Assembly (NCBI GenBank): GCA_012295275.1
Contig: CM022670.1
Location: forward strand, 32,302,001-32,366,000
Reading direction: 5' to 3'
Length of the DNA: 64,000 bases
DNA from: Chrysomallon squamiferum
Taxonomy: Eukaryota > Animalia > Mollusca
How positions within the stretch are numbered: the first letter of the stretch is position 1; every line of letters begins with the position of its first letter. Of this stretch, positions 38,172 to 64,000 are shown in pieces. The notes below the pieces were generated by a model. That model ran no database searches. It was not told the DNA's origin and saw nothing but the letters and a program-made list of their open reading frames with translations. A program made the position numbers and the translations under genes.

Positions 38172-39592
38172 TTGTTTTATTTGTTCATAACAGCAAACTT
38201 TGCTTACAAGTAAGTGTATAAATTGAATTTAAATTGTTATTACCATTGTAAGTACACTGATTTGTTGATTCATTTATTTATTTATTTATTTAAAATTTAG
38301 TTATAAATCTGTTTTTATAAAATAAATAAATATTGGTTTGGAACAAAAGTTTATTGCATTGGTTAAATACAATTCAAAGACAGTATTCAGATGGTTGTGC
38401 ATAGATTTATTCATCCACATAATTATGTGCCATATTGTTCACATTTCAGAATATGTACATATATATCATGCAGTATTTCAGTTATGCTCTACTACCTACT
38501 GAAAAATCCTACAAACATTTGTCCCTACCAATACAAAAAAAAAAAAAATTTCTTTCTGTCATCTCAAACTAGCCTAATTCTGCAAACCAGGCACTACCTA
38601 AGATTCATTAAGATGCAGTGAATCAGAACACATTTTGTATTAGGGTTATGAAAAATAGTTATCTTTGTTAGTACCAGAGGTCTATTCCTGTTACGTTATC
38701 CTTGATAAGACTATGTTGAAAAACAAGTTGTCACCTACATTCATAAACCAAACAACAACTATATTGTAATTGCACCATCTTATGTATCTTTGTAAGGTAT
38801 GTAATCAGTAATACATATTGTAGAGTTTATGAAAGTAGGTCTTTTAGTATTGTAGGCTTGGGTTTGTTTAATTATTGTAGGAGATAATATATAGTTTAAA
38901 TTATTTTTGTAACTTTGGTCAGATTTTAAAATATTTATTATATATTTATAACAGTGATGCTTATATATCTGTGATGTTAAATTTACCCAATATTAATGAT
39001 TCTAGAAACATTAATTATAAACAGAAATAAAATATACTGAAAATTTTGTCTTTGTTTTATTTATTGATTTATTCATTCATTTTTTATTCATTTGTTTATT
39101 TATTAATAAATGTTTTTCTTATTTATTATACTGGAGAAAGTTTCATTCTTACCTTAATACATTTAATAGAGTAAACAACCCACTATCAATCTTGGTCATT
39201 AAGTACATTTAGTCTAATTAAAACAACATACCTGGAGTATTTAAAAGTCTACTTTCTCTGGTGTTAACATCTTTCTTACATTTTATATATTTTCTAGTTG
39301 TTATTCACTTGCTAGAAGTAAAATAAAATAACAGTGAATATGTATGATTTAGATTGAGAAATGTTTATGATTTCATTTTATACAGAATATAAAATAGAAA
39401 CAGTAAATCATAGCAATAATAAAAAATACATATAATTATGTACATATATACACATATTTTATATAAAATATATATTTATTTATTTTCCTATCCTCAATCT
39501 GTCAGGGATATTTTCTACATTACATGATAAAATGGAAAACAGCAGCAGCTTGTCTTCATCTTTGATCTTGTTATTGTTTACTTTATTATTAG

Positions 39593-41000
39593 TCAAGACT
39601 GATCAACTGTCACAAAACTGCAAAGGAATAAACAAAATTTATTTGATTAATAAATTTGATTAATAAATAGTATTTCATATATTTTCATGTTTTCATTATT
39701 AGCAGTGAAACCTTGATACAAACTGTAACAGTTTTCAGCATTTTGCAATTAGGTATGTTTATTAAATTATATAATGTTCTTAACAGTGACACTAAAATAA
39801 TTTATCAAAACAGGATTATTAAGAGAAAAACAATATCTGTTGAAAAAGTTATGTCAAACGGACATGATTTTACATTACCTTGTTAACATCTTTTTATTTA
39901 AATAATTTCTTTATGTTGAATCTAATACATTCTTTTAAATGATCTGTAACACAAGTGCTTAGAAGAGAAAACATTAAGATAACAAATACACTATTAATAT
40001 CACATTTTTCTTTAATTCGATTCTTATACAAATTATAAATACCTAAGTTATATTAAATTACATAGTTGTTAAAAAAAAATATATGAACTAACAATAATAA
40101 TATTATTATTGAAAAATCTGTATTTAGATTAAATACAAAGAAATAATAATTATAATGAAATACAGAACACATTTAGAAAAAAAGAGTTACTGAGTTCAAA
40201 ATGCAGAATGCTGAAATCCAGAATCTGAAAAAACCTCAGTCATTGCAAAATCTCTTTTATCTGTATTAAGTTCAGTGAATTAATGACAACAGCAAACAGA
40301 AGAAATAAATACACTATTACAGCATTGTCTCTAACATCCAATCAACACAGCAAAGAGAATTTTAATTCAGCATTAATACATACAAGATACACGTATATAT
40401 GTATTTTTGTTAGACACTCTACAGTCTAGAGATTGTCTCCAGAGAAACCTTAATGCACTTGATGTGAATTTATGTAATGGACTTGAGACACTGTGGGTTG
40501 TTTCTCAGTCCATTTATATTACTTACTTGTCAAAGGCTGATGCAAATGTGCAGAGGTTTCTTGCAAATGCACATACATGATCCCTTTGCTGGTGATCAGT
40601 AAGACGAAAAGGACCTATGTTTTCTTCTGAGGTCCACAAAGGTTGAAATGTATGTGTCTCTGTATGTGTGTATGTGCATGTATGTGAATTTATTTATGTA
40701 TTTTCATCTATATTTGCATATCTGTCTATGTGTATATATGCATATATTTGCATCTATGTATGGGCATTTCTGTATTTACATGAATCTGTTTTCAAGAATG
40801 TCTTTATCCCATTTTTTTTTTAATTATCTGTGTAAGATGTTCAAAGATTTCAAAATCTGACAAGGCAAGTAGTATATGGGAGCCAAAACTTTCTCTAAAT
40901 ATCAATGACCATGAGGTAAAGAGCTGATTTTAAGATATGTTTTAGTATAAAACATTAAGTGCCCTGGCCAGTGTGTGTGTACATTTATATGTTTATGTGA

Positions 41001-41043
<43 letters not shown>

Positions 41044-42052
41044 CACACACACATACATACTGCATGTATAATAATGTTTGTGTTTCTAATGCAATATAAA
41101 TATTGCTTACATGTACAAATAAAATAAATGCATGACTCTGTGTCTGTAAAACCAGAGATGATTATTAGTTATAAGTGATACATTAAATGAACCAAAACAC
41201 TTAGACATTTAGCCTGTAGAGCTACTTTACTCATAATGACTGGTTAATTGCTGATCAATTAGGAAAATCAATATCTCTTTTTCAAACTACACTTTATAAA
41301 GAGCTCACTGGATTCCAGTAGATGTCAGTCTGGTTGTCTTGTTCGGTAGACCATTTCACAAGTATGGTCTGTAAGATCTCTGAATATCCTCTCAACACAT
41401 GAAGATCTGAATTAACAAACTCGCTTTTGTGACACGTTGTCATCCACACCTTCAGTATAAATAGAAATCTTTCTTTCTGAAAGAAGGTTAATAGAAAATG
41501 TTAAATGATTTAATGTATTTTAAAATATGTGTTCTAATGAACATACACAGTTTATAAAATAATAGACCCCCCAAACAAATTAAATAAGAAAACACCATCT
41601 TTGGTCACAGTAATTCTTTTCAAAACCACACATTATTCAATAAATTTGAAAATTAAAATATTCGTAAATCAACAAACTTAATAAAAAAAAAAAAAATAAA
41701 AATAAATAAAAATAAATAATAATAATAATAATAATAAAAGGGAAGTTTAGTTTATAACTTCTGTCAGGTCCAAAGATTGTTTTGAAAGATAAAAAATGTT
41801 GACCCTTTTTTTTTGTTTTACACAAACGACACGATATTCATGGGTCCACTTCTGGCTTACAGCCTCATTTTGGATATTATATCATCCAAATTAACTACGT
41901 TCCACCCTTTTTTTATTTTTTTTTTAAACTGTATGTTTCTGAACAATAAGGAGTGTTGCATAATTTTATGTTTTAGCTTACTGTATCATTTACTTACGTG
42001 TTATCGTTGAGCATTTATATTACAAAACCCTTCTTCTGTCCTTGACTAGATT
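39593..42052 (-). other. Candidate spliced transcript (lncRNA or small-protein gene)
   Basis: Minus-strand segments with good splice signals: 42052-41998 (ccccttctgttgtttag|...CAC|gtaagt), one starting at 41476 (ccttctttcag|), one ending at 40527 (CAA|gtaagt) and one starting at 39617 (ttcctttgcag|). No recognisable domain, and one acceptor is uncertain. Confidence 0.3.
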
Positions 42053-43096
42053 CTAAACAACAGAAGGGGAAAAAAACGTGTATCATTTTGAAATTTATTA
42101 CGAAATAGTTATATCTATAGCATTATATAATTCAGAATCATTTATTTTCTTTTTGTTTCTATCTATAAATAAATTAATTAATTATATTTATAAAGAAATT
42201 ATAATTATTTACGAATACTTTATATGCATATTTATCAAAGTAACCATTACATACCTTTTGAAAAAGCAGCGAATATTTTTTAAAAGTTATGAAACCTGGT
42301 TGTCAAATTACTACAGTATATATATAACAAAATGTTATGTAAATATAATTTATTCAGAATGTAAATAATATCCTTCCTTTGAACGGTGGCTTTCAGCCAC
42401 ACCCGCGCTTTTCTTCAAAATGTAAATACTGTTTTCCTTTACAGCGTGCAATTATATCGGATATATCATTTCATTCTTCCTTTTTCCGAATGAACATTGA
42501 CGTGTAAAATACAATACGGTATTTATCACTATTTACAGTGTGCTCACAGCTTTATAATGTGTCGATAACTATAACAATCGGCCCAAGGGACATGACTTTT
42601 CTAACCTCTTCAGTGGGAATATCGACGTTTCCTAATTTAAGTACATGGGGTGAAGAAGTTCATACGATGGGATCCATATTACTTATGGGCCTGCAGTGTT
42701 AGAGGTTATTTAGCCAGTAATTAGAGTCTGGCCAGTTAAGACCAAAAGTATTTTGTTTCTGGTAGAAAAGTTGAAAACAAGATGGATTTTAGTGTGTGGA
42801 AATGTCATTGTTATTCGGCCAGAACGACAGATTAATTGAAAGATCAAAGTTAATTTAATATTGTAAATGAAACCCATACGTACTCCACATATATAAAAAT
42901 ATTCTCTATTAGAATTTTGTGCATAGACACACATGCTTACACACATATATATAGTCACCTGGAATACATTCAATTAAATATAAATATTCCGTTTGGGTCT
43001 TTTAAATAGTTTTTATAATAATTAAAAAAATGGATAAACACTGTCGAAATTGCTAAGAAAACATTTACATTCAAAAATAACGAAAGAAGCCATACC

Positions 43097-43152
<56 letters not shown>

Positions 43153-44906
43153 CAATAACAGCTGCAGAAATTAAAACAGAAACATCATGGGAAAGTACGA
43201 AAAACCCGGGGGAAATTGTTTTTTACTTCTTTTTTATTTTAAATTGTAATCCATCAGTCAGAATGAAAAATTGTAGTGTAAAACACTATACAGCCCACAA
43301 TGTGAATATAGAACAAGAGAATATTGATTTATTACTTGTTTCTTCTCTGTTGGTAATACCCAAATGAATTAACCTTAAAACAAATCAACCATAATGTTGG
43401 TGTTTTAACAAGCCAGTCATGAACGTTCATTTAGTTAAGGGTTTTGAAAGAAAGCAGACTTCATGCCAGTCAGACATACTGTTCAGACATGGCCACTTAA
43501 ACCAAATATATCATTAGTAGTAGCCTGGAAACAGCAAAGTTTTTGTGTATGTGTGTGTTTGTATGTGGGGGTATATATGTGTGTATGTTTATGTATGTAT
43601 GTGTATATATATATATATGTGAACCTATATATTTAGATGTCTGTACATATGTATAGTAATGTAAGAAAAAAAAAACAAAAAAAAAAACAACGAACGAACG
43701 AAAAGGAAAAAGAAAAAAATAAGAAAATGAATCATTTGGGTAAAATAAAAAAAAAAATCTATGAATACAAAATTAAAAAACAAAAAAAAAAACAAAAAAA
43801 CTACAGTGTTATTGTATTTTAATTGGTGTCATTCTGCAGTTAATGATTTTCTAAAATCGTGAATCGACATGAAACAAATTTTTCGAGCGAGAAGGCATAT
43901 TTAACTGTATGTGAAATCTATAATTCCCATCCTTGTACTAAAGACATTTAAGTGAAGAATCGTTTCTACCATTAAGAATCAAAGAATAAAAAAATTAAAA
44001 ATTTTTTTTTTTTTTACTGTAGTCCGCGTCAAAAAAAAGTGCCCAGAGAATTAAGTCAGGTTTTTTTAATTGTTATTTTTATTACCAATTGTCGCCGATA
44101 TCGAAAGGCGTTACTTTTAAACTAAAAAATAAATAAATAAAACATAAAAATTTGAAGATGAATTGCATAATTACATTCTGAATTTTATCTGTGTTAGAAA
44201 TTACTTCATACCGTTTAAAACTGCCTTCAATAACTTCGAAATTAATTTGATCTATGGTTTTATTAGATCAAACGAAATTAATTTAGAAATTTTAAAAAAT
44301 GTAGTAATATCTCTGTTTAAGCAAAACAGTTTTGGAAAAGGAAATGGCATTATGACTTATGTTAATATTTCTCAGGAAGGTATATACAGATTTTCGTATT
44401 ATATTTAAGGATTACAAATTCCTGCCAATTTTTATTCGATCTGTATAAACTGATTTGAGGCTGCCCTTCTTACAGATTTGATTTTTAAAATCGACAAATC
44501 GATACTTTTCAAATGTATTCAAGCAGTTCATTTGTTACACTCGATTCATATTAAAAAAATAATAATAAAAAAATAAAAAAATAAATTAAGGTCATGGATA
44601 CTTTAATGACATAACAGATTTGTCTTTATTTTATATTTTATTTATTCGATATATTCTAAATTAGCAATAGTATATTATTTACCTTTAAAAGTAAGGTATT
44701 TTCATGAAATAGCAGCAATTTTTGTGATGCTAAACTAAAAAATAAATAAATAAAAATAATAATTTAAAAAAATGCTGCTTAAAAAAAAAAAAAAAAAAAA
44801 AAAAATAGTTTCAAATATAATAAGAAGATAATAGTAAAATAAATAAATAAATAAAAATAATATTTTATGACAACTGCAGAAGGTAACATAAAAAACAACT
44901 AACGAA

Positions 44907-44939
<33 letters not shown>

Positions 44940-45593
44940 GGAATCGGTAATTAAATATGTTAAAAAGATAGAAATAGATAAAAACAAAAGCACAGAATAA
45001 AATAAAGTATAGACAGGATAGTTCCATATCAGTACAAATGCGCAAATTAAAATAAAATGAAAACAAATTCATCTAAAATAAATATATATATATATTTTTT
45101 CTTTTTCTTTTTCGAACAATTAAAAAAAAAAAAAAAAGAGCCCCCCCCCAAAAAAAAAACCCCTACAAAACAACAACATAATCCTAAAAACCCAGTTGAA
45201 AATAATCTGCTGCCAATTAAATTAAAAAACACATTTCCAGGTACAACGCGGAATTTCCGAGACCGCTTTAAAAATTAAGTCATATTAACCAGTTTTAGTA
45301 AATAAATAAAATAAAATAGATATATAAATAATTTTCACACAAAGGACAATCCTAAGAACTTGCGTATCCCGTCACCAAATAAAATATATAACACTTTTCC
45401 GTGAACATTTTAAACTAATGTCAACTATAAATCGTGTCTCATTATAATGGCCTGACACAGTTACAATCCTTCTTCAGTTATCTGCTGCAAAGCATTACAC
45501 AGATAATAAAAATTAAAATCATGAAGAACAAAAAATTTAAAATTTAATTTTAAAGCTGTTAATTCAAAGATTTATCATTAGATCGTTAGAGAT

Positions 45594-45872
45594 CATTAGT
45601 TTTCAACCTTTTTCATACCGCGACCCTTTATGAGCAACTCACTATGACTGATGACCCCATTTAAAAATTTTGATTCAATAATATCTAGGGTTACCATATT
45701 TTCATCAACCAAAGACAGTACAAAAGGAATCTATATTCACTATGACTGGTCCCAAACACGTTTTTATTTATTCCTCCTTCCAAGTCAAGTTGACAAAAGC
45801 TAAAACAAACCCTTGCTCAAGAACGATCTTGCGACCCCAAGAAAAAGGCGCCCCCTAGGTTGAAAACCTATG
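45594..45872. mobile_element. hAT/Charlie-type non-autonomous DNA element (MITE), 279 bp
   Basis: TIRs CATTAGTTTTCAACCT and AGGTTGAAAACCTATG (14/16 inverted match, CAGTGGTTCTCAACCT-like). Subterminal GCGACCC motifs at both ends. Flanking 8-mers TTAGAGAT / TTTTAGAT (6/8 match, resembling the NTCTAGAN Charlie target site). Confidence 0.85.
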
Positions 45873-46149
45873 TTTTAGATAACTTCTGATAAAAACCTAA
45901 TTTTAAAAAGATAAAAAATAATTATTAATTTAAAATATATATATTTGGAGCGGACTTCAAATAACATAATAGCTCTTCTGGAATTTCTCATTCCAGTTAT
46001 TGCTCGCTTACTTGTTTATACAAAACATTTAGAAAAGGCCGTGTTTTGCGTTTTCCTTTCTGTGGAAACATTTAAGATGATAACAGTGTTTACTCTAAGT
46101 GACTGAGTGGGATGAAAGGAGTGGAAGCAGCAAAGTCATTTCGTATTCG

Positions 46150-46385
46150 TTTCATTATTATAACATACACGTGTAATTTACAGTTACGATTTTCTTCATT
46201 TCAGCATTAAAATATACACGTGTAATTTACAGTTACGATTTTCATCATTTCAGCATTAAAATATGCACGTATGATTTACTGTTAAGTTTTTCTTCATTTC
46301 AGCATTAAAATATGCACGTATAATGAACAGTTAACATTTTGTTTATTTCATCATTATAATATATACCTATGATTAATAGTTAAGA
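46150..46385. repeat. Minisatellite, ~49-bp unit x ~5, diverging towards the 3' end
   Basis: CACGT(G/A)TAATTTACAGTTACGATTTT...CATTTCAGCATTAAAATAT repeated, with CACGT anchors at ~46168, 46217, 46266 and 46315. Confidence 0.88.
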
Positions 46386-46399
46386 TTAAAATGTATTAA

Positions 46400-46483
46400 G
46401 ATTTAGTAACATGACTGACGTTTACTTAATTTTAAAATTAAAATATATTAAGATGCGTTGCACATTCATTCGAAATTATTTCA

Positions 46484-46535
<52 letters not shown>

Positions 46536-46900
46536 TTTGTCTGATTAAATGGATGATATTTACAAATCTTTAATATAAAAATGCATTAAGACGTCTTCGA
46601 AATTATGTTCATGAAATGTTTTATATTACTATTGCTATAGTCTAATTATTTTGTCTGATTAGGTGACTGACATTTAATAATCTTTAATACTAAAATGTAT
46701 TAAGTTGTGTTACCGATTCACTGGATATTATATTTACATGATTTTTCTTTATTATAAGCTAATCATTTTGTCTGATCAAATGACTGACATTTAATAACCT
46801 TTTATATTAAGATCTGTTGAGCTGTCTTAAAAATTCGATAATTCAGAAGTATCTTCAAATGATTTTATTTTATTATTTGTCTTATTAGAACTGACACCTA
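46400..46900. repeat. Degenerate tandem repeat, ~113-117-bp unit x ~4
   Basis: TTGTCTGAT(T/C)A..TGACTGACATTTAATAA.CTTT...ATTAAG recurs at ~46537, 46650 and 46767, with a partial copy at ~46410. Confidence 0.65.
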
Positions 46901-47479
46901 ATTTTGAGTTAAAATTACTTTGCAGAGATTTCGTTAAACGAAAATCTTAAAGTATTCATCCCTGATTTAAAATGATCTTTATATCATTTGTTTCAGTATA
47001 TTTAGTTAATGAATGAACGAATGAATGTTTAACGACATCTCAGAATATAAACATGCTGATTTTCTTAATGAGTGATAATAAAACATTCTTTGGCCATCCG
47101 TTTCTCTCCAAAATAAAATATATATATATATAAAATAATAATAATAATAATAATAAATAAAAAAATCAAAAGAAAACAAAGAAAACAAAAAGAAAGACAA
47201 AAAAATAAATAAATAAATGAACGAACAAAAGAAAGAAAAAATAAAAACAATTATAAAAAATGTTATAAATAATAATAAAAATAATAATTAATAAAATAAA
47301 TGAAATGTAATAAAGTAAAATATTATAATAAAGCAGTTTAAAATAATTAGATGAATGAATGAATCATAAAAATAAGCGTTACTTAAAGCTATCATCAAAT
47401 GATTCTGCATAAAAGTATTTAAACGATACACAAAGATAAAATGTGTGTGTGTGTGTGTGTGTGTGTGTGAGACAGAACA

Positions 47480-48557
47480 AAACTAACGCCAGAAAACGTG
47501 AATGCTGGGAGTACCTTATATTAGAAGAACAATTACAAACCGCAGTACCTCAGAGATTGCGCATATCTGCCGTGATTCGCCGCCGCATGGAACCTCACTG
47601 ATGCTTTCAAAGCGCATTTTCCCATTCCAGCTAATTTCATTTTACGTGCTTTCTTGACTACGAATTTGCAGATTAAGAATCAGTTGCCACTCTGATTTCT
47701 GCGGATGTTCTCTCATAATTCTCTCATACATGTTAGATAACTATTAATATTAACATCTGTTGAGGTAGCGTTAGTATGCTATCATTGATTATTAAAACGA
47801 GAAAAATGTCCTTAATTAACTAAATGTTTTTTTTTGTTTTTGTTTTTTTTGTTAATATAGATACAGTTAATCGGTTACCGAAGTATTCTGTTTACAAAAC
47901 CGACATTTTATCTGCTACGTAAAAAGATTACACACGCAATTAAACTATTAACACATGGTGAAAACGACTAATGGATACTGTCAAATGGCTCGCGAAAGCG
48001 TTAAACACTCATTTCTAAGAGCCAATTTGTTCAACAGAATTAGATGTATAAAATATATCACCGGCATAATTAAGTGTCTACGGCCTGGGGGTATAACAAG
48101 ACCAGAGTCCAATTTGTCTCCATAATGGACTTCATTTTGGCGATAATGGCGGCTCGTTTCTTGAGGTATAATAGCAACTTTGACGAGCATTCGCTGTCCA
48201 TTCAGCTTTCGCGAACCACTGATGAAGTCATTTGAACTAAACAAAGTCACAGAAAAGTGAATTACAAGCTGGTTATTGCTTATTAAAATTGTCAATATTT
48301 TCGGGCCACTTTTTATTCTTGTCTCAATTATTCAATATTGTATAAAATTCTGTCCTATGGATAAAAGGTATAAAGGCTATGCTGTACATAGCTGATGCAT
48401 GGGATTATATCCGAGATATGGATGTTTACATGTGCATAATTTATCGTGTAGTGTACACAGAGTAACTCATGGAGAAGACACTGTTTGACAGAGGTGCGGT
48501 TTGTACTGGCTGACGCTGATTTTTTCTGATGACTTTGTAACGCATATGAACTGTCAG
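47480..48557 (+). promoter_or_regulatory. CpG-enriched upstream region and putative non-coding first exon of the downstream + strand gene
   Basis: Local rise in GC/CpG at 47480-47720 and 47980-48560, ending in donor CAG|gtaact at 48557. A second donor CAG|gtattg at ~49082 suggests an alternative first exon. Confidence 0.4.
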
Positions 48558-49172
48558 GTAACTTTTCTAATCTGTTCTTTATATATATTATGTTTTTATT
48601 TAACTCTGTACAAATTTGTATATGTCACTATTTGTTTGCTTATATTTAGCGAAGCCTCTCTGTAAAAAGTTATAAAATCTTCCTCAGCTTGAGTAATATA
48701 CTTTAATTTTCTTTTTTTAATTCGTTTAATTAATTAATTAACTAATTAATTAATTTTTATTATTTTATTTTATGAAATCGTTAAATTCAGTTATAACTAA
48801 ATAATAATTTTTAATAAAGATATTTATCTTAATTAATTATATATTTTTTATTGCTTTATTATTATTATTCAGTGTAAATTTACACTGTGAAATTTCTCTA
48901 AATAAATAAATATTTCAAAAGAGAACAGAATTGTAATTTATCATATTCAAGACCAAACCAGACACGCTTAGCACGCGCTGCACGTGCTAAGGATGCTAAG
49001 GTGGGGGCAAGAACCGCTATAATATGTACCGCTATTCGTTACCAGTCGAGCGAGACGGGTTTACGTTTCTGTGTCATCTCAGGTATTGTTAATTATTAAG
49101 TACGTTACGTTCAGCGTATCCTGTATTCGTGATTGGGGTTCCACGTTTGAAATTATTTTGTTACAGAAAAAC

Positions 49173-63216
<14,044 letters not shown>

Positions 63217-64000
63217 GTAAGTTTTGTACTTATTTGTTTTTTACATGTTTTTATTTTTTTGTTCATTTAGCTCATTGCTCTCAAAGCTTTATATCTACTC
63301 AATAGTCAGACAAAGTAAAGAAAAACTTTCTTATTTGAAAGGATGACATTTGTTTGGTGTAATTTAATGATAACATTTGAAACTAACACATATATATATT
63401 TTTAAATAACCAATACTGAGAAAAACTTTAATAAAAACAAAAACAAATACCCTCCCAAAAAATGATAAAATTAATTTTGTCATACCCTCTGAAAAGATAT
63501 TTTGAAAAAAATTGCTGCATTTCTTAAAACACAATCTTTTTTTTTTTTTTTTTTAAAATGATGAATTTTTAGTTTATTTTTAAAAATAAAATAAACGGAA
63601 AATGATGATTAAATGACCTTATATTTGTAAAATACATTCTGTAAGTCAGGTGGTTCTCAAGAATTCTAACATACCTGCTAATGTAAAATTTTATAAGTCT
63701 CATTTCTGAATTCTTTTTATTTGTGGAAATTATAATGTAAACAGATTATGTTATATACATATGATATATATTATTGGTGAATTAGTTTCTAAATAATTTT
63801 ATTTAATTTAAATGCATAGTTATTGCACACCATTATGATTCTTTAATGGTGGTGCTAACCATTTATTCAGTTCTAATGCGATAAATAAAACTACAATTTC
63901 ATTGGAATCTATTTTATCTTGTTTATATTTTCAGAAATTGTTAAAATGTTTATTTTACAGGTTTTCAAATAAATAAATAAATAAATAAAATAATAATAAT

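Noticed and set aside
42386-42400. GTGGCT-TTC-AGCCAC hairpin resembling a histone 3' stem-loop
   Set aside because: It does not match the GGYYCTTTTCAGRRCC consensus and there is no histone ORF upstream.
47981-48295. 104-aa minus-strand ORF in the CpG-rich region
   Set aside because: No recognisable domain or splice support; more simply explained as promoter/5' UTR sequence of the + strand gene.

Overview
Very AT-rich, microsatellite-rich, intron-containing animal genomic DNA. The repeat and gene style suggests a mollusc, possibly a cephalopod, but this is inference only. I reconstructed spliced genes by hand from splice sites and reading-frame phase. (1) The 5' part of a fukutin (FKTN)-like gene on the - strand (three coding exons, runs off the left edge), head-to-head with (2) a complete 6-exon SLC35E1-like gene. 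(3,4) Two ANKRD63/ANKRD34-like ankyrin-repeat paralogs in divergent orientation, with identical 48/234-nt first exons and diverged tails. (5) A decayed Mutator/MULE transposon with partial TIRs, abutting a fragment of a second MULE. (6) A complete 19-coding-exon Patched-related/PTCHD3-like sterol-sensing-domain gene (~920 aa) with a GC-AG intron, an intronic tandem duplication of an exon end, and a last intron holding a UGCAUG cluster and candidate cassette exons. (7) A weakly supported - strand spliced transcript at ~39.6-42.1 kb. (8) A hAT/Charlie-type MITE and several tandem repeats. (9) The first two coding exons of an unidentified + strand gene with PxIxIT-like and Akt-like motifs, which runs off the right edge. 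Most of the supplied short ORFs are microsatellite or low-complexity artefacts. I see no CRISPR array, rRNA or intact tRNA, and nothing I can claim as a clearly new biological system. The best leads are the ankyrin inverted pair, the FKTN/SLC35E1 divergent pair and possible regulated C-terminal splicing of the patched-domain gene.
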